From: a bacterium
Lineage (GTDB): Bacteria > UBA8248
NCBI GenBank assembly: GCA_965203325.1
Contig: OZ241875.1
Coordinates: 544,001 to 608,000 of the forward strand
DNA: 64,000 nt
Direction: 5' to 3'
Shown piece by piece: positions 19,606-29,101 of the stretch; within the stretch, counting starts at the first letter, position 1, and every line of letters starts with the position of its first letter. Below the pieces are notes generated by a model. That model did not search any database, had not been told where the DNA came from, and saw only the letters and a program-made list of their open reading frames with translations. Both the position numbers and the translations under genes were made by a program.

Positions 19606-20235
19606 CTACCTCCTCATCTCCCGCGTTTCGATCTCCCCGCCCTCTTCCTTCTCACCACCCGTCATGCCCTGGAGCTTCTCCTTCCCCGCGCCGACGCCCT
19701 CTTTGGCCGAGTCGAGCTTGTCGCCGAATTTCTCCTTGGCGGCGTTCAGGCCTTCCTCGATATCCGCCTTGTCGAACCCCTCGATGTAGGCGCTCACCCC
19801 CCGCACATACGGGAGGAGCCTGTCCCCGCCGCCCGCAGGCAAAAAGCCGGACACATGGCTCCCGAAGACCGCCAGCCCCAGGGCGAAGAAGAACACGCCC
19901 TTGGCGCACCCGATGAGGCCGCCGCCGAGCCTGGAGAACAGCCCGGGCGTGGCGATCGACAAGACGCCGAACATCATGCGGAAGAACCAGGCGGCGAGCA
20001 CCCATACGCCCAGGAAGAGAATCGGCTTGACGAGCGAATCGAGTCGGTCGCCCTCGCCCAGGAGATAGGCGAGGTAGGAGCGCGTGAGGTCGGTGAACTG
20101 CATGGTGACGAGAACCGCGATTCCGAGCGCGACCACGGAAAAAGTCTCGCGGAAAAAACCACGCACGCAGCCGCGGATGAGGAACGCGCCGACGAATACG
20201 GCGATGACGATATCGGGAAACGTGAAGGAAATCAT
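19606..20235 (-). CDS. cvpA: CvpA-family membrane protein
   Basis: D.VI......IRG..RGF.RE pattern, four TM segments, RLGGGLIG..KG. Confidence 0.75.
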   Translation of the reverse strand: MISFTFPDIVIAVFVGAFLIRGCVRGFFRETFSVVALGIAVLVTMQFTDLTRSYLAYLLGEGDRLDSLVKPILFLGVWVLAAWFFRMMFGVLSIATPGLFSRLGGGLIGCAKGVFFFALGLAVFGSHVSGFLPAGGGDRLLPYVRGVSAYIEGFDKADIEEGLNAAKEKFGDKLDSAKEGVGAGKEKLQGMTGGEKEEGGEIETREMRR

Positions 20236-20339
20236 ATAAATTTTGAGTCTCTACGGACGGAAACTGTACGGCCTCGTGATAGAGCGGGCATAATCTAGCA
20301 AATAACAATGGGATTGTCACTAGATATTTAAGCGCCGGT

Positions 20340-20792
20340 TCAAATTTTTTCCTTCCACATCACGAGGGCGTCTTCGCGGTTGTCGGGGTAATAGCGCGGA
20401 CGCATGGCCGCCGCCGTGAACCCCCACTTCTCATACAAGGCGATGGCGGCGGCGTTGCCGAGGCGCACCTCCAAGGTGGCGCGGAGGAGGCCCCTGCCCT
20501 TCGCGTCCTCGAGAACCCTCCCCAGCAGAACGTCCGCCACCCCCCTTCGCCTGTGGGCGGGCGCGACGGCGAAATTCGTGATGTGGCACTCATCCGCCAC
20601 CTCCCACCAGCAGGCGTAGCCCATGACGCCGGCCCGAGCCTCCTCATCCTCCGCCACGACCAGGAGGTGGGAGTTGTCGATCTCGCAAATCTCGCGGATA
20701 AAACTCTCCCGCGACCACGGAAGCGGAAAGGAGAGGCGTTCGATGGCGAGCACCTGATCGACGTCTTCTACTCTCATGGGCCTCGTCTTCAC
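20340..20792 (-). CDS. rimI: Ribosomal protein S18 alanine N-acetyltransferase
   Basis: IERLSFPLPWS, ECHITNFAV, LEVR..N..AI.LY and YYPDNREDALVM; start moved to GTG 20792 with GGGGAG RBS. Confidence 0.9.
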   Translation of the reverse strand: MKTRPMRVEDVDQVLAIERLSFPLPWSRESFIREICEIDNSHLLVVAEDEEARAGVMGYACWWEVADECHITNFAVAPAHRRRGVADVLLGRVLEDAKGRGLLRATLEVRLGNAAAIALYEKWGFTAAAMRPRYYPDNREDALVMWKEKI

Positions 20793-20981
20793 GGCTCCCC
20801 TCACCTCGCGTTCAGCCGGAAACGGCGAATGAAGCGAAATCCCCTGAAACTCTTTCGCCCCGGAGTTTTCGGGACTATAATGCGCCGACCGGACTTCAGA
20901 ACATTTGAACACAAACCGATGCCGCAAACGTAGCGCGTTTGCGGTCGAGCGAAAACCCGAAAACTGATACGGAGGACCATC

Positions 20982-21692
20982 ATGGGCGCAACTCTTACTT
21001 ATCTGGGACATTCCACTTTCGTCGGTCAGTCAGGCGGGGGCAAGACCTTCTACATCGACCCCTGGCTCGAGGGGAACCCGCGCTGCCCGGAAGGCCACAC
21101 CAGCCCGCAGAAAGCGGATCTGATCGCCTTGACCCACGGCCACTTCGACCACATCGCCGCCGTCATGGACGTCTACGGCCTTGGCGGATGCCCGGTGGCG
21201 GGGCCCTATGAACTGGTGAACCTGATCGCCCAGAACGAGGGCTTCGCGGAAGAGCACGCGGGCGCGATGGGCAAGGGCGGCACGGTGGATTTCGGCGGGG
21301 TCGGCGTAACGCTCACCCACGCCATGCACAGCTCCAGCTACAACGACCCGGGCGTCTACGCGGGCGAACCCGCCGGCCTCGTCATGACCTTCGAGGACGG
21401 AAAGCGCGTCTACCACGCGGGAGATACCGCCGTTTTCGGCGACATGAAGATCATCGGCGAGTTGTATCAGCCCGATCTCTGCCTCCTCCCCATCGGCAGC
21501 CGGTTCACGATGGACCCGCGCGAGGCGGCCCTCGCCGTCGAGCTTCTGGGCGCACAGCGTGTCGTGCCCATCCACCACTCGACCTTCCCGCCGCTCACGG
21601 GCACGCCCGAGCAGTTCGCGGAAGAAGTGGCGGCGCGCGGGCTCTCGCCCGAAATCACCGTGATGGAGCCGGGCGATTCCATCAGCGTGTAG
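20982..21692 (+). CDS. Metal-dependent hydrolase, metallo-beta-lactamase fold (UPF0173-like)
   Basis: YLGHS, IDPWL, THGHFDH, HAMHSS, YHAGDT and PIH motifs. Confidence 0.9.
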   Translation: MGATLTYLGHSTFVGQSGGGKTFYIDPWLEGNPRCPEGHTSPQKADLIALTHGHFDHIAAVMDVYGLGGCPVAGPYELVNLIAQNEGFAEEHAGAMGKGGTVDFGGVGVTLTHAMHSSSYNDPGVYAGEPAGLVMTFEDGKRVYHAGDTAVFGDMKIIGELYQPDLCLLPIGSRFTMDPREAALAVELLGAQRVVPIHHSTFPPLTGTPEQFAEEVAARGLSPEITVMEPGDSISV

Positions 21693-21875
21693 GCACGGGG
21701 GAATGCTCGACCCTTGAGGGGTTGTTGAGAAAGGCCCCTTTTCAGGGGGTAGAGGGGACGCCCCTCTCGACTGAAAAAGCAACCCCCCCTACCCCCCCTT
21801 AACAGGGGGGTAAAGGCGATGCCCTCCCGACGAGGGGGTTATTGAAAAGCCCCCCTAACAAGGGGGTATGAAAAG

Positions 21876-23262
21876 GAGTTACGCTCAAAACTTGTGTATG
21901 GGCTGAATTGAAGAAGGCGGCGCATCCTGCTGAAATAGGGTTTGCCAAATAGCCCGGTCATTCAGCACAAGGAGATGCGCCACCATGAGAGAAGATACGA
22001 CGATTCCCATGAAGAATCCAGCCCTACGGGACGAGTTGAGCGAACTGTTGCGCGCGGGCGCGCGACGAATCATCCGCCAGGCGGTGGAAGCGGAGTTGGC
22101 GGCGTTTCTCGAAGAATATGCGGGCGATCGTGACGCGCAGGGCCGCCGCGCGGTGGTTCGCAACGGGTATCTGCCGTCGCGGGAGGTGTTGACGGGAGTG
22201 GGTCCGGTGCGTGTCCAGGTGCCCCGGACGCGGGACAGGTCGGGGTCGGGGCGGCGTTTCCGCTCGGAGTTGCTGCCGCCGTATCTGCGCAAGACGCGGC
22301 GCGTGGAAGCGGTGATACCGTGGCTGTACCTGAAGGGGGTATCGACGAACGACTTCGGCGAGGCGCTCACGGCGCTGTTCGGCGAGTCGGTGGGGGGCTT
22401 GTCCCCGGCGAGCGTCTCGCGGCTCAAGGAGGGCTGGGAGCGCGAGTACGCGCAGTGGCGCGAGCGGGCGTGGCACGGGGAGGAGTTCGCGTATCTGTGG
22501 GCGGACGGCATCTACGTGAACGTTCGCAGCGGGGAGCGGCGCTGCCTTCTGGTGGTCGTGGGCTGCGACGCGCGAGGCCGCAAGCGCTTCCTGGCCCTGG
22601 AGGCGGGGTTCCGTGAATCGAAGGAGAGCTGGAAGGCGGTTTTGTTGCGCCTGCGGGAGCGGGGCGTGAAGGCGGCGAAGCTCGCCGTGGGCGACGGGGG
22701 GCTGGGGTTGTGGTCGGCGCTGGCCGAGGTGTACCCCGGGACCCGGGCGCAGCGCTGCTGGGTGCACAAGACGGCGAACGTTCTCGACAAGCTGCCCAAG
22801 AGCGCTCAGGTCGAAGCGAGGCCGATGCTGTATGAGATGTGGAGGGCGGAGACCCGCGCGCATGCGGAGAAGGCGTTCGAACGCTTTCTCGCCACCTGGG
22901 AGGCGAAGTATCCCAAGGCCGCCGCGTGCCTGTCGAGGGACCGCGAGGAGTTGTTCGCCTTCTACGACTTCCCGGCGGCGCACTGGCGGAGCATTCGGAC
23001 GACGAACCCGATCGAGTCGACCTTCGCCACGATCCGGCTGCGAACGGCGAAGACGAGGAACTGCCTGAGCGAGAAGACGGCGCTGAGCCTGATTCACCAA
23101 CTCGCCATGAGCGCCGAGAAGCGATGGGGGCGGCTGGGCGGCTTGCGCCAGCTGGCCGACGTGATCACCGACGTGAGGTTCATCGATGGGATGAACGAAA
23201 AACAAACCGGCAGGGAGGCCGCTGAACTCAAGACGGCCATACACAACATTTGACAGTAACTC
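21876..23262 (+). mobile_element. IS256-family insertion sequence, copy 2 (1387 bp)
   Basis: Same TIRs and length as copy 1; 9-bp target duplication TATGAAAAG (21867-21875, 23263-23271). Confidence 0.95.
21985..23253 (+). CDS. IS256-family transposase
   Basis: Translation identical to 13222-14490. Confidence 0.95.
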   Translation: MREDTTIPMKNPALRDELSELLRAGARRIIRQAVEAELAAFLEEYAGDRDAQGRRAVVRNGYLPSREVLTGVGPVRVQVPRTRDRSGSGRRFRSELLPPYLRKTRRVEAVIPWLYLKGVSTNDFGEALTALFGESVGGLSPASVSRLKEGWEREYAQWRERAWHGEEFAYLWADGIYVNVRSGERRCLLVVVGCDARGRKRFLALEAGFRESKESWKAVLLRLRERGVKAAKLAVGDGGLGLWSALAEVYPGTRAQRCWVHKTANVLDKLPKSAQVEARPMLYEMWRAETRAHAEKAFERFLATWEAKYPKAAACLSRDREELFAFYDFPAAHWRSIRTTNPIESTFATIRLRTAKTRNCLSEKTALSLIHQLAMSAEKRWGRLGGLRQLADVITDVRFIDGMNEKQTGREAAELKTAIHNI

Positions 23263-23510
23263 TATGAAAAGGCGACACCCGCCGCCGATAAAGGGGCTTT
23301 TGTTTTTTCTTGCCCCCCTGTTAAGGGGGGGTAGGGGGGGGTGCCTTTATCCCCTGACAGGGGGACTTTTTCATTGACCCTCAAAGAGGAAAGAAAAACC
23401 CAGGCGGAAAAAAGAAATCTCCAACTGAAATATATGATTCCCAATCGCACGCGCCGAAAAAACGGAAAAACAGGAATTCGCTATCAAACGCCAAATGAAA
23501 GGAACCACGC

Positions 23511-25280
23511 ATGAGTGAGGCCCCCCAAGTCAACACGAGAACTGAAGACCGCGACGGCATGCGGATCACCTGGCACCAGCCCATCGAGATGGACGACGGA
23601 CTCGTGCTTCGCGCCGACGTGTTCCGGCCCACCCAAGAGGGGAAATACCCCGTCATCCTGACCTACGGCATCTACGCCAAGGGGGTGGCCTACCAGGAGG
23701 GCTACCACCACCAGTGGAACAAGATGGTGGCGGACTATCCCGAAATTCTCGCAATGTCCACCAACAAGTACCAGAACTGGGAGGTGACGGACCCCGAGTG
23801 CTGGATTCCGCACGGCTACGTCTGCATCCGCGTGGACTCGCGCGGGGCGGGCTGGTCGCCCGGCTTCATGGCGCCCAACTCGCCTCGGGAGATCGACGAC
23901 CTCTACGAGTGCATCGAGTGGGCGGGCGCGCAGGAGTGGAGCAACGGGAAGGTGGGGATGCTGGGCATCTCCTACTATGCGCGCAACCAGTGGCGCATCG
24001 CGGGCCGAAAACCCCCGCACCTGACCGCCATCATCCCCTGGGAGGGCGGGAACGACACCTACCGCGATTCGGGCTATCACGGGGGAATTTTAAGCCAGTT
24101 CCAAGAGCAGTGGTCGAAAGTCCAGGTGATGAACGTCCAGTACGGACGCGGCGAGAACGCGCGGAAACACCCCGTGACGGGAGAGTCCGTCGCGGGCCCC
24201 ATCACCCTCACGGAAGATGAACTCGCGGCGAACCGCGTCAACGCCTTCGAGGAACTCAAAAAACACCCATTCGACGGCCCGTGGCACCGGGAGCGCTCCG
24301 CCGACCTCTCGAAAGTCACCCTCCCGCTCCTCACCTGCGCCAACTGGGGCGGACAGGGCATCCATCCGCGCGGGAATTTCAACGGCTACATCGAATCGCC
24401 CTCAGAACAAAAATGGCTGGAAGCCCACGGCGATTCGCACTGGTCGCTCTTCTCCAGCGCCTACGGGCTGGACCTCCAGAAGCGCTTTTTCGACCATTTC
24501 CTGAAAGGAATCGACAACGGCTGGGAGAAGACCCCGCCGGTTGCGCTCAACGTCCGCCACCCCGGTCCCAAGTTCGTCCACCGCTACGAGAACGAATGGC
24601 CCCTGGCGCGCACGCAGTGGACGAAGTTCTATCTCGATCTGGAGAACAAGGCGCTCGCGAGAGAACCCGTCGCAGGGGAGGCGAGCCTCGAATACGCGGG
24701 GCTGGGAGACGGCGTGACGTTCTGGATGCCGCCGATGGAAGAGGCAACCGAGATCACGGGGCCGATGGCGGCGAAGCTGTTCGTCTCCTCATCCACCGAG
24801 GATGCGGACCTCTTCCTCATCGTCCGCGTGTTCGACCCCGAGGGGAAAGAACTCACCTTCATGGGCTCCACCGACCCGCACACGCCGATTGCGAACGGCT
24901 GGCTGCGCGTCTCGCACCGCGCGCTCGACCCGGAGAAGAGCACCTTCTATCGCCCGTATCATCCCCACGATAAGGCGGAGAAGCTCACGCCCGGCGATGT
25001 GTATGAGTGCGACGTGGAGATCGTCACCTCGTGCATCGTCGTGCCCGCCGGCTGGCAGGTGGCGTTCACCGTTCGCGGGAAGGACTATGAATACACGGGC
25101 GAGCTCAGCGAGTTCGGCAAGCAGTTCCACTATTCCACGAAAGGCACGGGCGGCATGACGCACAACGACCCCGACGACAGGCCGCCTGCGGTCTTCGACA
25201 ACAAGGTGACCCTGCACGCCGGCGGCGGGCGGGATCCCTATCTCCTCCTGCCCATCATTCCGCCGAAGGAGGGAGAGTAA
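23511..25280 (+). CDS. CocE/NonD family hydrolase
   Basis: DGLVLRADVFRP, VDSRGAGWSPG, WSNGKVGMLGISY nucleophile elbow, C-terminal PepX-like domain (GWLRVSHR). Confidence 0.9.
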   Translation: MSEAPQVNTRTEDRDGMRITWHQPIEMDDGLVLRADVFRPTQEGKYPVILTYGIYAKGVAYQEGYHHQWNKMVADYPEILAMSTNKYQNWEVTDPECWIPHGYVCIRVDSRGAGWSPGFMAPNSPREIDDLYECIEWAGAQEWSNGKVGMLGISYYARNQWRIAGRKPPHLTAIIPWEGGNDTYRDSGYHGGILSQFQEQWSKVQVMNVQYGRGENARKHPVTGESVAGPITLTEDELAANRVNAFEELKKHPFDGPWHRERSADLSKVTLPLLTCANWGGQGIHPRGNFNGYIESPSEQKWLEAHGDSHWSLFSSAYGLDLQKRFFDHFLKGIDNGWEKTPPVALNVRHPGPKFVHRYENEWPLARTQWTKFYLDLENKALAREPVAGEASLEYAGLGDGVTFWMPPMEEATEITGPMAAKLFVSSSTEDADLFLIVRVFDPEGKELTFMGSTDPHTPIANGWLRVSHRALDPEKSTFYRPYHPHDKAEKLTPGDVYECDVEIVTSCIVVPAGWQVAFTVRGKDYEYTGELSEFGKQFHYSTKGTGGMTHNDPDDRPPAVFDNKVTLHAGGGRDPYLLLPIIPPKEGE

Positions 25281-25443
25281 AGCGAGACGACTTCATTTTT
25301 CAGACGTGGCAAAAGGAGCATCCAAACGCGAAGTAACACTAAAAAACGGTCTATTGACCGCTGCCGCCTGAATTGCGATATTTTGTCTTGATCCCCGCTT
25401 GCGCGGGCGCGAGGACGACTTCAAGGACCCAGGGAGGATCCAG

Positions 25444-25842
25444 ATGAAAGACACATGGATCGGGTTTTTGGGCGTCGTGCTGACTATTGTCGCAGCCTAC
25501 ACTTTGCTTTCCAGCGAAATGGGGGACATTCGCGAGAAAATTGGAAGGATGGATAATGAAATAGGTAACATGCGCGGGGATATAGGAAAAATCGACGGGA
25601 GACTCGTAAGAATCGAAGACCGTATGGGAAAAATGGAATATCGCATGACGGGACTCGAGAACCGAATGGTGAAAGTCGAGAATCGCTTGGTGAAGGTCGA
25701 GAATCGCTTGGTGAAAGTCGAGAATCGCATCGGCAAGCTGGAGAACCGCACAGCGAGAGTCGAGAAATGGGTGGGCCTCACGGCGCGCGGCCTCAATCTC
25801 CTTCCGCAAGACGAAAAATCGACTCAGAAGCCGCTCCCTTAA
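25444..25842 (+). CDS. Small membrane-anchored heptad-repeat coiled-coil protein
   Basis: GGAGG RBS; N-terminal hydrophobic helix, then LVKVENR-type heptads. Confidence 0.7.
   Translation: MKDTWIGFLGVVLTIVAAYTLLSSEMGDIREKIGRMDNEIGNMRGDIGKIDGRLVRIEDRMGKMEYRMTGLENRMVKVENRLVKVENRLVKVENRIGKLENRTARVEKWVGLTARGLNLLPQDEKSTQKPLP
25667..25729 (+). repeat. 3 x 21-bp in-frame tandem repeat
   Basis: TGGTGAARGTCGAGAATCGC(T/A) x3. Confidence 0.9.
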
Positions 25843-25977
25843 GGGGCTGTTGAGAAGGTTATTCTCGGTCGGAATGACGGTGCGTAATCTCGATTGTAGG
25901 GGTCGTTCGCGAACGACCCTTGCCGGAGGAACGGGCGCTTCACGAAGCGCCCCTACGGGGCTTTTTCAACGACCCCT
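25842..25977. repeat. MITE-like element containing GTAG-type REP palindromes
   Basis: Ends AGGGGCTGTTGAGAAGG / CTTTTTCAACGACCCCT; internal GTAGGGGTCGTTCGCGAACGACCCT and GGGCGCTTCACGAAGCGCCCCTAC. Confidence 0.8.
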
Positions 25978-26000
25978 CCGGGAAGGGGGAAACATCAACA

Positions 26001-26774
26001 TCACCCCGCGGCGCCGCGGCCGCCGTCCACGACGATGTGCTGTCCGGTGAGGTAATCGGAAGCCGAGGAGCACAGGAAGAGCGCCGCTCCCGTCAGATCC
26101 TCAGGCGCCCCCGCGCGTCCGGCAGGCGTTCGCGCATGGACTTCCGCCATCTTTTCGGGATTGGCGAACAACCCCCCCGTCATCGGTGTTTTGGTGAGTT
26201 GCGGCCCCAGGGCGTTCACCTGGATATTATGCGGCGCCCATTCGAGCGCCAGCGCGCGCGTCAGGGAGACCACAGCGCCCTTGGTGGCGACGTAGACGGC
26301 CTGGTTGGGGACGGCGCGCTCGGCCACCATCGAAGTGAGCAAAACGATCTTCCCGCCGCTTCCCTGATCGACCATCGCTCTCGCGGCTTCCTGAGCGCAG
26401 AGAAAAGCGCCGCGCACGTTCGAGGCCAGGAGCGCGTCCACGTCTTCGGGCGCGTGGTCGAGCGCGGGCTTCACGATGTTGATCGCGGCGCTGTTCACGA
26501 GGACGTTCAGCCCTCCGTGGCTGGAAACCACCTCCCCTGCCATCGAGGAAACCGAGGCTGCGTCCCCCACGTCGCAGGAGAGAAACTGCGCATCGAGACC
26601 ATCGGCCCGGAAGGCTTCGAGCGCCTCCTCACCCCGCTCCTTCGAGCGACCGGCGATGACGACCTTGGCACCCGCGTCCGCCAGCGCTTTTCCGATTGCC
26701 AGGCCGATGCCCGAGGTGCCGCCCGTAACGATAGCCACGCGGCCGTCCATCCTGAATTGTTTTATCATCGCCAC
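26001..26774 (-). CDS. SDR family oxidoreductase
   Basis: TGGTSGIG, LVNSAA, YVATKG and YLTGQ..VVDGG motifs. Confidence 0.9.
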   Translation of the reverse strand: MAMIKQFRMDGRVAIVTGGTSGIGLAIGKALADAGAKVVIAGRSKERGEEALEAFRADGLDAQFLSCDVGDAASVSSMAGEVVSSHGGLNVLVNSAAINIVKPALDHAPEDVDALLASNVRGAFLCAQEAARAMVDQGSGGKIVLLTSMVAERAVPNQAVYVATKGAVVSLTRALALEWAPHNIQVNALGPQLTKTPMTGGLFANPEKMAEVHARTPAGRAGAPEDLTGAALFLCSSASDYLTGQHIVVDGGRGAAG

Positions 26775-26793
26775 ACCTCCGAAAGGCTGCTAC

Positions 26794-27603
26794 TCACAGG
26801 CGCGGCCTCAGATATTCAATCGTCTTCGTCGCCGCCGTCTCGAAGTCGGGCTTCTGGGCGAGTTGGGCCGAGAGATAGCCCGCATAGCCCACCTCCTTGA
26901 GCGCGCCGATAATCTCATCGAACGGAATGTGGCCCGAACCTGGGTAGGTGCGCATGTTGTCGGCGATGTGGAAGTAGTCGATCCTGTCGCCCGCCTCGCG
27001 GATCGCGCCCGCGAACGAGGCGTCCTCGATGTTCATGTGGAAGCTGTCGATCAGGAAACCCACCGCCTCGTGGTTCATCTCGTCGAGAAAATCCAGGCCC
27101 TCTCGCGTGGAGCGCACGAAGTTCGTGTTGAAGCGGTGGTGCGGCTCGAAGAGCATCTTGATGCCGCGCTCCCCCGCCCTGTCCGCACCCGCGCGCAGTC
27201 CGTCCCACATCCACGCTTCGGACTCGGACCTCCGCTCGTCTTCCAGAAAATTCCCCCGGAAGCGGCCGATATTCACGGGACATCCCAGCTCGCCCGCGAA
27301 GTCGATGTGGCCGAAAAGACGCTCGATAGCCTTGGCGCGCACGTCCGCGTCTGGGTGGCAGATTTCGATCTCGTCCTGATAAGAGATCGGCGCCGTTCCG
27401 ATGAGGGAGACTTCGAGGCCGGTTTCCTCGATCGTGCGGCGCAGTTCGTCCTTGTCGAAAGCGCCCGCGTCGCGCGTCGCGAGTTCCACACCGTCGAATC
27501 CTAAGTCTTTCAGGAACATCAGATTATCTCGGAACGCGCCACGCACCGCGGGCATCAGCGGCGTCGTCACGTCGGGCGTTGCAACCACATAACCGATTTT
27601 CAT
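26794..27603 (-). CDS. Sugar phosphate isomerase/epimerase (xylose isomerase-like TIM barrel)
   Basis: GFDGVEL, FEP, DSFHMNIED and HIAD..R..PGSG motifs. Confidence 0.85.
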   Translation of the reverse strand: MKIGYVVATPDVTTPLMPAVRGAFRDNLMFLKDLGFDGVELATRDAGAFDKDELRRTIEETGLEVSLIGTAPISYQDEIEICHPDADVRAKAIERLFGHIDFAGELGCPVNIGRFRGNFLEDERRSESEAWMWDGLRAGADRAGERGIKMLFEPHHRFNTNFVRSTREGLDFLDEMNHEAVGFLIDSFHMNIEDASFAGAIREAGDRIDYFHIADNMRTYPGSGHIPFDEIIGALKEVGYAGYLSAQLAQKPDFETAATKTIEYLRPRL

Positions 27604-27804
27604 GAAGCTTTGCTCCTCTCATTCAAGCATTTCATCAAGAAAAGTTGCTCGTCATACTTCATCCATACGTCTCAGCGGGTGCGGCGACACTATAGCCGCA
27701 AGGGCATCGGGGCGAAAGAGGAAGATGCGTTGCCCGAACGGCGGCGATTCTGTAGCTTTCATAAACAGGTATCCGATACCACACAAAACCCGGAGAGGAA
27801 CGGC

Positions 27805-28752
27805 ATGAGAGAAGACCAGAGGCTGCTTCACGGCGCAATCGACACCCACATCCACGCATCGCCCAGCCTGTTCCCGCGCGTCTGCGACCACATCGAGTGC
27901 GCGCGCGGGGCGGCTTCGGTCGGAATGCGCGGCGTGGTGTTCAAGATTCACCACGGCGACACGTCGGGCCGCATCCCCATCGTGCGCGAGGTGATGGGCG
28001 ACGCCATCGAGATTTACGGGGGCATCACGCTCAACAGCCCGGTGGGCGGGTTCAACCCCTTTGCGGTGGACACCGCCATCAAGATGGGGGCAAAGATGGT
28101 CTGGATGCCCACCATCAGTTCGCTGAACCACCTGGAAAAACTCGGTGCGCCGCATTTCCCGGGCATGAAGCAGACCAGGGGCGTGAAGCTTAAAGAAGAA
28201 GGCCTCACCATCTTCTCCGATGCGAAACGCACCAAGATACACCCCGAAGTCAGAACGATATGTAAACTCATCGCCGATGCGGGCATCTGCCTGAGCACGG
28301 GGCACCTGGACGTGGACGAGGTGCGCGCCTTGATCCCCCTCGCGAAAGAAGAGGGGGTGAAGCACATCATCGTCCAGCACCCCGAGTACATCGTGGACGC
28401 CTCTATCGAGGAGCAGGTGGAATTTGCCAAAATGGGGGCCTACATCGAGCATCTGGCGATCTTCTGCTTCACCCACTGGGGCGCGTACCCGACGGATGAG
28501 AACGCGCCTCCCATCTCCGTCAGGGAACAGGCCAAGATGGTGAAGGCCGTAGGCGCGGCGAAGACGATCCTCTCTACCGACCTGGGCCAGCTCCACAACG
28601 CGCCTCCCTGGGAGGGCCTGCGCGTGTTCGTTCAGTTGATGCTCGAGAACGGAATCAAGCCGCGCGAAATCGAGACCATGCTGCACAAGAACCCCGCCCG
28701 CATCCTGGGGCTGCCCTTGAAAGCGCCCAAGCGGGAGACGGAATCCGCCTAG
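27805..28752 (+). CDS. Amidohydrolase-superfamily TIM-barrel protein (DUF6282-like)
   Basis: AIDTHIH, KIH, VWMPT, STGH, QHP, STDLGQ and NPARILG motifs; start moved to ATG 27805 with GAGGA RBS. Confidence 0.8.
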   Translation: MREDQRLLHGAIDTHIHASPSLFPRVCDHIECARGAASVGMRGVVFKIHHGDTSGRIPIVREVMGDAIEIYGGITLNSPVGGFNPFAVDTAIKMGAKMVWMPTISSLNHLEKLGAPHFPGMKQTRGVKLKEEGLTIFSDAKRTKIHPEVRTICKLIADAGICLSTGHLDVDEVRALIPLAKEEGVKHIIVQHPEYIVDASIEEQVEFAKMGAYIEHLAIFCFTHWGAYPTDENAPPISVREQAKMVKAVGAAKTILSTDLGQLHNAPPWEGLRVFVQLMLENGIKPREIETMLHKNPARILGLPLKAPKRETESA

Positions 28753-28799
28753 TTCGTAGGGGCGGAGAGGTTATCAGCCGTATTGTCGGGGTCGCATTT

Positions 28800-29069
28800 G
28801 GGGTTGTTGAAAAAGTTCCCGAGAGGGTAATGGCAACCCCCATGAAAGGGAAACCCCATAAAGCAACCCCCCCTACCCCCCCTTGTCAGGGGGGCAAGAA
28901 AAAGCAAAACCCCCTCGGCCCAGAGGGGACGCATCGCCTTTTTATACCCCCCTGACAAGGGGGCTTTTTTGTTTTTACCCCCCTGACAAGGGGGGGTAGG
29001 GGGGGTTGCCTTTCTATCCGAGAGAGGCTTCTCCTCTACCTCTGAAATGTGGCCTTTTTCAACATCCCC
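28800..29069. repeat. MITE-like palindromic element (270 bp)
   Basis: 16-bp TIR, 15/16 match (GGGGTTGTTGAAAAAG / CTTTTTCAACATCCCC); internal CCCCCTACCCCCCTTGTCAGGGGG and CCCCCTGACAAGGGGG palindromes. Confidence 0.85.
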
Positions 29070-29101
29070 CCGTAGTCGCGACCTGTGGGACAGCCCCGAG
29101 G

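Larger units (their letters stand above)
21718..23382. repeat. MITE-like palindromic element split by IS256 copy 2 (halves 21718-21875 and 23263-23382)
   Basis: Left half is homologous to the reverse complement of ~28980-29069; internal CCCCCCTACCCCCCCTT...AGGGGGG hairpins; degenerate right end CTTTTTCATTGACCCTC. Confidence 0.75.

Noticed and set aside
13113..23262. Composite transposon bounded by the two IS256 copies
   Set aside because: Each copy has its own distinct 9-bp target duplication (CGAATGGCC; TATGAAAAG), so they are independent insertions.
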